A stretch of DNA of 64,000 nucleotides from an uncultured Lewinella sp. (GTDB lineage Bacteria; Bacteroidota; Bacteroidia; Chitinophagales; Saprospiraceae). The notes beneath the pieces were generated by a model, which was not told the DNA's origin, made no database searches, and saw only the letters and a program-made list of their open reading frames with translations. The stretch spans positions 156-64,155 of the forward strand of contig CAZTTF010000117.1 in assembly GCA_964616365.1 (NCBI GenBank). Reading direction: 5' to 3'. Positions 38,652-45,408 of this stretch are shown in pieces (position 1 is the first letter of the stretch; every line of letters begins with the position of its first letter). The translations under genes were made by a program, and so were the position numbers.

Positions 38652-39473
38652 CTATACTTCGTTCAATCTGCCGGCACAGTATTTACAGTAAACTGCATCG
38701 TCATCGTGACCTTCCTCAGTACAGTATCTGCAGACCTGGGTGTTGTTTTTCTGGGACTTGCCGAAGTTCATCATCTCGTTAGTGACTATGCCAGTAGGGA
38801 CGGCAATGATGGCGTAGCCAAGAATCATGACGAGGGCAGAGAAGAACTGACCGATGTTTGTTTGGGGAGTAATGTCCCCATAGCCGACCGTAGTTAAAGT
38901 GACAATAGCCCAGTAGACAGCCCTGGGGATAGAACTGAAGCCTTCATTGGTGCCACCTTCGACGAGATACATGAAGGCCCCGATGATGACAACGAGCAGG
39001 CTTACCGCAAATAAGAATACCGTGATCTTATTACGGCTGGCAATCAGGGCTTTTCGGAGCTGATCTCCCTCGTTCAAGAATTTACCCAGCTTAAAAACCC
39101 GGAAGACCCGCAACAGCCTGAGGATACGGATTACAACTAAGTACTGAGTGCCGGCAAAAACAAGGCTGATGTAAGTTGGCATAATGGCCAACAGGTCTAT
39201 GATGCCGTAAAAGCTCAGTGCATACTTCATTGGCCGGATAGTTACCCACAGCCGCAAAAGGTACTCAAAAGTGAAAATGATGGTGAAAAACCATTCCAGG
39301 ACTACGAAGACATCGTGGTAGCGATTGTTCCATTCATCGGAACTCTCCAGACTTACGATCACAACCGAAAAGATGATCAGGACCATCAGGCTGATGTCGA
39401 AGATCTTCCCAAATCGGGTGTCAGCTTCAAAAATAACCTCATGGATACGGTCGCGTACCGGACGATCAGGCAT
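38652..39473 (-). CDS. Voltage-gated K+ channel (6-TM) with C-terminal zinc-ribbon
   Basis: 273 aa. S4 segment RILRLLRVFRVFKLGK, selectivity filter TTVGYGD and C-terminus CRYC-x11-CKYC. Confidence 0.85.
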   Translation of the reverse strand: MPDRPVRDRIHEVIFEADTRFGKIFDISLMVLIIFSVVIVSLESSDEWNNRYHDVFVVLEWFFTIIFTFEYLLRLWVTIRPMKYALSFYGIIDLLAIMPTYISLVFAGTQYLVVIRILRLLRVFRVFKLGKFLNEGDQLRKALIASRNKITVFLFAVSLLVVIIGAFMYLVEGGTNEGFSSIPRAVYWAIVTLTTVGYGDITPQTNIGQFFSALVMILGYAIIAVPTGIVTNEMMNFGKSQKNNTQVCRYCTEEGHDDDAVYCKYCAGRLNEV

Positions 39474-39704
39474 CGGGAATTACTTGTATTGACTCAAATG
39501 TAAGTAAAACGAGCTTGTCTGCAAGCTTTAAGGCCCGCCGCGATAGTGGGCAAAACTACTAATAGAAAAATCGTACATTTGTTTTCAGGCGACGTAGCGG
39601 CAACCCTCCTTCTTGGTTGGGTAACCTTACCTTGTTCCTGCGTCCGCGCACTAATTGCCACATGGCTTACAAAATGCTTTTCTGTACCTGATTAATTATT
39701 CTTT

Positions 39705-40469
39705 ATGCTCTTGAATGCAGTCATCGTCGAGGACGAGTTAAACGGCCTGATCAACCTCAAGCACTTGCTGGCAGAACACTGCAAAGATGTAGAGGTTATT
39801 GGGGATGCAGACGGTGTGGAAAGTGGTTTGAAATTGTTTGCCCAGGATGATATTACACCAGACGTAGCCTTTCTTGATATCAATCTACAGGATGGCAAGG
39901 TGTTTCAGTTACTGAATCGCCTTAATGAGGTCAATTTTGACATCATCTTCGTTACGGCTTACGACCAGTTTGCCATGAAGGCCTGCGAGTATTCCAGTAT
40001 CGGATATATTCTTAAACCCATTGATCCCGATAAATTAGTCGAAGCAGTTTCCCGGGTACGGCCACGGAATTCCGGGCGTACGGAGGAGCGTTTGAAGGTG
40101 ATGCAGAACTTCACTAATCACCCTAACTCGTTCGATAAGATGTCAATTGCGGCACTTGACGGCATCCACTTTGTGAAGATTAGGGACATTGTGCGCTTCG
40201 AAGCTGAAGATAATTATACCCACATCATGCTACGTGGAGGCAATCGGATCACGGCTTCCAAGACGATCAAAGCCTATGAGGACATGCTGTCACCGTTTAA
40301 TTTCTATCGTGTCCATAAACGTCACGTGATCAACATGAATTATATGAAAAAATTCGTCAAGGGAGAGGGGGGATACCTCGTGATGGATGATGACGTGAAG
40401 ATTGAAGTGAGCCGTCGGAGAAGGCCGGCATTCATGACGAGACTACGAGAACTTCAGGAAGTTCTTTAG
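39705..40469 (+). CDS. LytTR-family two-component response regulator
   Basis: 254 aa. Receiver domain (IVEDE, AFLDINL, FVTAY, ILKP) followed by a LytTR DNA-binding domain (FVKIRDIVRFEAEDNYTHI...YRVHKRHVIN). Confidence 0.9.
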   Translation: MLLNAVIVEDELNGLINLKHLLAEHCKDVEVIGDADGVESGLKLFAQDDITPDVAFLDINLQDGKVFQLLNRLNEVNFDIIFVTAYDQFAMKACEYSSIGYILKPIDPDKLVEAVSRVRPRNSGRTEERLKVMQNFTNHPNSFDKMSIAALDGIHFVKIRDIVRFEAEDNYTHIMLRGGNRITASKTIKAYEDMLSPFNFYRVHKRHVINMNYMKKFVKGEGGYLVMDDDVKIEVSRRRRPAFMTRLRELQEVL

Positions 40470-40581
40470 GTTCTTTGAGTTTTTTGAGCTATTTTTGTTT
40501 CGGTATATAATAACGGCTGAAAGGCGTCTCTAGCAAAGAGACCGGATTATTTTCAACGTGTACTTTATTAAGAATTATCCA

Positions 40582-40731
40582 ATGTCTAAAAACGGGAAAA
40601 AAACTATTGCGGAACTTCGGGGTGACCATAAGGATAACATCCTCGATTCCGACAAGATGGACCAGGTAACTGGAGGTAAGCGCAGTGGCACTTGGTTGCG
40701 TCGTGTTTACCACAGTATTGTCCCTCAATAA
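40582..40731 (+). CDS. Unannotated 49-aa peptide with double-glycine (GG) leader
   Basis: Hand-translated: MSKNGKKTIAELRGDHKDNILDSDKMDQVTGG|KRSGTWLRRVYHSIVPQ*. KxTIAxL...xGG resembles Bacteroidota GG-type precursor leaders. Lies between the RR and HK genes on the same strand. Below the length cut-off of the ORF track. Confidence 0.55.
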   Translation: MSKNGKKTIAELRGDHKDNILDSDKMDQVTGGKRSGTWLRRVYHSIVPQ

Positions 40732-40785
40732 TTAGAACTGGATGGCTCCGCGCGGTCTTTTTTCGGTTTAAAGGCCCTGCCAAAC

Positions 40786-42735
40786 ATGCAAACATCCGGT
40801 TCAGTCACTATTGAAGTAGGTACTCTTCAACGCAAGATTGCTGAATCCACTTCGGTGGAAGAAATCCTGATCTACCTCGAGCGGTTGATCAGGATTTTTA
40901 TTTACGTTGACCCTAAACAGGCCCATAACCATCTGCACGCAATGCAGGAGCTCCACGAGCGGGAGCGCGGAGGAGGCTTACCATTTTATTACCATCTGCA
41001 TCGGGCGAACCTTGCCAGCCTTGAATACGACGTTGAGCGCGCGCTCGATGAATTGGAGGCTGCCGTGAAAACCGTAGACCAGTACGGAGATATTACCGAA
41101 AAGATAGAGGTGTACCTCGATTACGTAGGGGTGCTGATCAACAACAAGGATTTGAAGAAAGCCCGGGATTATTTTGACCGGGCCGAGCGTCTCTTGGAGT
41201 CTTACCCCGATGAAATTCTGAAGGGTAGAGCTCTGGTTCGGGAGGGCTTCTTGTACGTTCACTCTTTCAGTTACGCGAAGGCAACACCCAAATTTCTGGA
41301 AGCTGATGGTATTTTTACGGCCAAGGAAGAGGCACTGTCGATTAAAGATCATTATTTCTATACCCTCTTGCACTCTGGTTTGGGCACCCTGCAGCTTCGA
41401 CCCGGAAACCTTTCTAAAGCGGCAGCCTCATTTCGTAAGGCCATTGAACGTTGTGAGGAAAAGGGCTTACGTGCACGTTTGGCCTGGCACCAGTTGAAGC
41501 TAGCTGACACTTTAGCGGCTGGCCTGGAATACGAGGAGGCTGTAGCCATTTACAACAGTGTACTCGCTCATTCTGGCTATGGGAGCCAGCAGGCTTTGGC
41601 CGCTACCTGCCATAACCTGGCCCTTTGTAAGTACCAGGCATCAGCGACCGTCGATCACCAAGAGATCAAAGGACTTCTTGATCAGGCAGAGGCACTCTTT
41701 CAGGCCTTGCCCAATCCGGACAAACAGAAATTGACTGCCATCGAAATTCTCCGGGCACAACTTGCTTTTGATGATGGAGACTATGATGGCGCTTCCTCTG
41801 CCCTCTGGCAGAGATTGCGGGAGCTGGAGCCAGACCAGAATCTTGATAATCCGATTGTCGTCGGGGCCACGGCTGAGATCTACCGCATCCTGGCCGAGTG
41901 CCATGCCAAGATGGAGGATTACAAATCGGCCTACACCCTACGCTTAATGTTCGATTACTACAACGAACAGCAGAACGGGCTGGAGGATTCACGATTACAG
42001 GAGGAATTTGCGGCGCGGTTTGCTGCCGCAACTTGGGAAAAAGAACGGGAAAGCTTGCAACTCCGGGCGTCCCAGTTGCAGCTCCGGGCATTGCGGGCGC
42101 AGATGAACCCCCATTTTCTTTTTAATGCCCTTAATAGCATCCAGTCGTTTATTACTACGCACGAGGCAAGCACCGCATCACGCTATCTGGCCAAGTTTGC
42201 CATGTTGATGCGACGCAGCCTCGAATATTCTAACCGGGAGTTCATCAGCCTTGAAGACGAAGTTCAGTTTCTGACGGAATACCTGGACGTCAACTGTAAA
42301 TTAAGATTCAGAGACAAGCTGCAATATTCCATTAAGGTTTCTCCGGAATTGGAGGAAGATGTTATCGGAGTCCCAACAATGATTATCCAACCCTACGTTG
42401 AGAATGCTATTGAGCACGGTTTGCGCTCAAGGCAGGAGGGGCGGATCACCGTCGAATTCGCCGTTGATCCCGAAGATGATGATAGCATTATCGCTACCAT
42501 CCTTGATGATGGAATCGGGCGAGAACAGGTTGCGAGAATGCATGCCGCTGACACCACGAGGAGCCAGCATCAGTCTCGTGGTACCAGCATTACCCAGTCG
42601 CGTCTGGAGTTGTTGTCCGGCACTAAGGAAGAACGCGTTGCCATAGATGACTTGTATCATGCTGATGGTAGAGCGGCAGGAACTTTAGTCCGGGTCAGAA
42701 TTCCCGTGGTTGACGTTGTTCCCAGGCGGGGGTAA
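40786..42735 (+). CDS. Soluble TPR-domain sensor histidine kinase (LytS/YehU-type His_kinase + HATPase)
   Basis: 649 aa. Phospho-His box MNPHFLFNALNSIQ, N box QPYVENAIEHG and G1 box LDDGIG. The ~430-aa N-terminal part is TPR-like repeats. No hydrophobic segment long enough for a TM helix. Confidence 0.85.
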   Translation: MQTSGSVTIEVGTLQRKIAESTSVEEILIYLERLIRIFIYVDPKQAHNHLHAMQELHERERGGGLPFYYHLHRANLASLEYDVERALDELEAAVKTVDQYGDITEKIEVYLDYVGVLINNKDLKKARDYFDRAERLLESYPDEILKGRALVREGFLYVHSFSYAKATPKFLEADGIFTAKEEALSIKDHYFYTLLHSGLGTLQLRPGNLSKAAASFRKAIERCEEKGLRARLAWHQLKLADTLAAGLEYEEAVAIYNSVLAHSGYGSQQALAATCHNLALCKYQASATVDHQEIKGLLDQAEALFQALPNPDKQKLTAIEILRAQLAFDDGDYDGASSALWQRLRELEPDQNLDNPIVVGATAEIYRILAECHAKMEDYKSAYTLRLMFDYYNEQQNGLEDSRLQEEFAARFAAATWEKERESLQLRASQLQLRALRAQMNPHFLFNALNSIQSFITTHEASTASRYLAKFAMLMRRSLEYSNREFISLEDEVQFLTEYLDVNCKLRFRDKLQYSIKVSPELEEDVIGVPTMIIQPYVENAIEHGLRSRQEGRITVEFAVDPEDDDSIIATILDDGIGREQVARMHAADTTRSQHQSRGTSITQSRLELLSGTKEERVAIDDLYHADGRAAGTLVRVRIPVVDVVPRRG

Positions 42736-42762
42736 CCAAGGCAAGGAGATACGTAAGGTCAC

Positions 42763-42780
42763 GGGCGCGGCCGCAGGTGC
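42763..42780 (-). repeat. Family B 18-mer, reverse orientation
   Basis: GGGCGCGGCCGCAGGTGC, between the convergent histidine kinase and beta-helix genes. Confidence 0.9.
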
Positions 42781-42818
42781 GATGAACGATGAAGTAGCAG
42801 GGTAGGGGCTTAGAAGGA

Positions 42819-43901
42819 CTATTTCTTAGTCTTCGCTCCGGAGATGATAATGCCGATATTATTGCTCTCTTTCTTCAACTGAGCGAGGGATTTTTTGCCT
42901 CCTTTGGTCGCAACATCATCTCCAAGAATGGAGGTATTTCCTTCGAAAAGACAGGATTCGGTGATGATACTACACTCACCAACCTCATTGGTCATATTGT
43001 AGACTGAGGAACCGTTGGACTTGGCAACGTTGTTTACAAATTGACAGCCTACGAGAAGCGGGACGGCAACGCCGTTCTCTCCATTATTGGTCATGGCTCC
43101 GCCGTATTTTGCTGCATTGTCTTGGAAGTAACAGTCCAGGAACTTTGCGTGTAGCTCCGTACCTTCTCCCATATTGTAGATGGCACCTCCTTTTGAATCA
43201 GCATGGTTATAGAGGAAGCGACAGTTTTCAAAGCTTGTAGCACCGGCACTTACATAAATCGCACCTCCGTTATGTGCCTTGTTCCGGGTGAACTCACAGT
43301 TTATCACCTGATGGGTAGGAAGGATGGAGGGCGTAGCTTCTATGTAGAGTGCTCCTCCGGCATTGCTGGCGCCAAAGCCATGCGTAAAGCCCCTCGCAGT
43401 ACCCTCAGTTATTTTAAAACCGTCAATCAGTGAAGGCTGACCACCACCAATGCGTAGTGTGACGACGGTGTAGGCGTTGTCACTATCTACTTGCTTATCT
43501 CCAATGTTGCCGGAAAGAATTGACCGGGTGTCGTGATGACGATCTGTTGGTCGTTGTTCATTGCCGTGAAAACCTCCGTAGACCTTAGTACCTGCGGGAA
43601 TAACGAAGCTGGCCAGTCGATCGTAGCCCTTGGTAGGGTAGTAGGTCCCCTTCATCACCCAGATTTCATCACCTGGCAAAGCAATAGCCAGTGCATTGGT
43701 GAGTGTGGTTGGAGCAGTCCAGGAATTACCAGCTTTCCCCTCGTCTCCCGCAGGAGAAACGAAGATTGTTGAGGCAGAGGTCGTACCACCAACAAGTGTG
43801 AGGAAAATAAATAACGCTAGATGCTTCAAAGCTGAATCCAATTTGCAAAGTCCCAAAAAATAGGTCGTCCTGTTTGGGAACCAGGAATAAGAAAAGAGCA
43901 A
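42819..43901 (-). CDS. Secreted parallel beta-helix repeat protein (Pmp-like GGAI repeats)
   Basis: 360 aa. Hydrophobic signal region LALFIFLTLVGG. Repeated GGALYIEA / NGGAIYVSA / KGGAIYNMG / YGGAMTNNG / NGSSVYNM. The true start may lie downstream of 43901. Confidence 0.55.
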   Translation of the reverse strand: MLFSYSWFPNRTTYFLGLCKLDSALKHLALFIFLTLVGGTTSASTIFVSPAGDEGKAGNSWTAPTTLTNALAIALPGDEIWVMKGTYYPTKGYDRLASFVIPAGTKVYGGFHGNEQRPTDRHHDTRSILSGNIGDKQVDSDNAYTVVTLRIGGGQPSLIDGFKITEGTARGFTHGFGASNAGGALYIEATPSILPTHQVINCEFTRNKAHNGGAIYVSAGATSFENCRFLYNHADSKGGAIYNMGEGTELHAKFLDCYFQDNAAKYGGAMTNNGENGVAVPLLVGCQFVNNVAKSNGSSVYNMTNEVGECSIITESCLFEGNTSILGDDVATKGGKKSLAQLKKESNNIGIIISGAKTKK

Positions 43902-44302
43902 ATGGAATTATACAGAGATAAGGTCCTGCGAATTAATGCTGGCAACACTCAAGCAGTAGAGGGTTGCATCGCAGATTTGGTAGTGTAAAATACTCTCTTA
44001 GTGTCAAACTCGAACAGCCCGTTGTCATCCGGGTCTGTAAATATACCATTTCTCGGTAAAAGCGGATCTATAATCGAAATAATTGCTGTTTTCGTTAGGG
44101 AACGGTATTGAAAATTTAAGGACCGGAATTATGTAAATTTCTCTAAAGCGTCGTACATTGCTGTCATATTCATATTCTGACATGGGAGGCGCGGCTCTTT
44201 TAGCCGTTTGAAATTAACTATTAACCAAGTGTGACCCTCTGGGGTCGACATCGTCGAACACTGTGTCAACACATGCGAATATTCTCATCTTTTATCGAAA
44301 AA

Positions 44303-45373
44303 ATGGCTATGTCTCATCTGCGCCTAGTGCTGGTGGTACTCCTTTTGGGGGTGCTGCCCAATCTTGTTGTTGCCCAAGATTTTCATTATTCCCAATTCTA
44401 CAGTGCCCCTCTTCACCTTAACCCTGCTTTGACCGGAATTTTTCGTGGAGATGTCAGGCTGATGGGCAATTATAAGTCTCAGTGGACAGACGTCCCCGTA
44501 GATTACAAGACGGTTACGCTGGCTGTTGATAAGAAGTTCCTGAAAGTTGCCGGAGAAAACAACAGCTTCTTCTCAGGAGGAATGGCCTTTAACTACGATC
44601 GGGCAGGGGATAGCAAGATGACCTGGGCAAACCTTGATCTTAATGCTTCCTACACGAAAGCCTTCTCTCCAAAGGTAATTATCAGTGGCGGAGCTAAAGC
44701 AGCTATCGTTCAACGGAGTTTTGACACAGGAAACCTGCGCTACAACAACCAGTTTGACGAAGTCCGGGGCAGTGTGAACCCCGACCTTCCGACCGGAGAG
44801 AATTTTAACAACGACGGCAATCTCTTCCCTGACTTTAGCCTGGGAGTAAACCTTCGTCTACAGGCAGAGCAGACCAGTGACCTTGTTTTCAGAAATGACC
44901 GGCGGTCTAAACTTGATCTCGGAGTCGCTCTTCATCACCTGTTCGCCCCGGATCAGTCCTTTTTTGATGACATCAAGGTTCCGATTGAGAGAAGACTCAG
45001 TCCTTACGCCATTGCTACGCTGCAAGTCCTTCCTGCTGTGGACATCCGCGCGGCAGTTACGTACCAGAATCAAGGCCCTTTCTACGACGAATTGGTGGCT
45101 ACTTTGGGCGGACAGTTTTGGGTAAAGAACACACTTGGCAAACAAGTAAGTATCATGGCAGGAATGGGACTACGCAGGGATAAGATTCAGGATTCCTACT
45201 GGCCAACCTTTGAGGTGACTTACAATAATTGGCAGGTCGGGTTGAATTATGATTTTAACACCAGTCCGTTTGACATTGCAACCGAAAACCGTGGCGGCTT
45301 AGAACTTTCTGTACGCTACATCATCAGAAAGATCCGACCTCTCCCCGAATTCAAAGTTTGTCCTTTGCTTTAA
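44303..45373 (+). CDS. PorP/SprF-family type IX secretion system membrane protein
   Basis: Signal peptide then QDFHYSQFYSAPLHLNPALTGIF...YKSQWT signature. Start moved to MAMSHL (44303) from the GTG at 44231. Confidence 0.85.
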   Translation: MAMSHLRLVLVVLLLGVLPNLVVAQDFHYSQFYSAPLHLNPALTGIFRGDVRLMGNYKSQWTDVPVDYKTVTLAVDKKFLKVAGENNSFFSGGMAFNYDRAGDSKMTWANLDLNASYTKAFSPKVIISGGAKAAIVQRSFDTGNLRYNNQFDEVRGSVNPDLPTGENFNNDGNLFPDFSLGVNLRLQAEQTSDLVFRNDRRSKLDLGVALHHLFAPDQSFFDDIKVPIERRLSPYAIATLQVLPAVDIRAAVTYQNQGPFYDELVATLGGQFWVKNTLGKQVSIMAGMGLRRDKIQDSYWPTFEVTYNNWQVGLNYDFNTSPFDIATENRGGLELSVRYIIRKIRPLPEFKVCPLL

Positions 45374-45408
45374 TCATCAATCCCTAGAATACATCCCAAC
45401 TACTGAAT

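Noticed and set aside
40489-40728. 79-aa minus-strand ORF from the track between the response regulator and the kinase
   Set aside because: Composition is odd (MRDNTVVNTTQPSATALTSSY...). It is antisense to its two co-directional neighbours and has no recognisable motif. The + strand 49-aa GG-leader ORF explains the region better.
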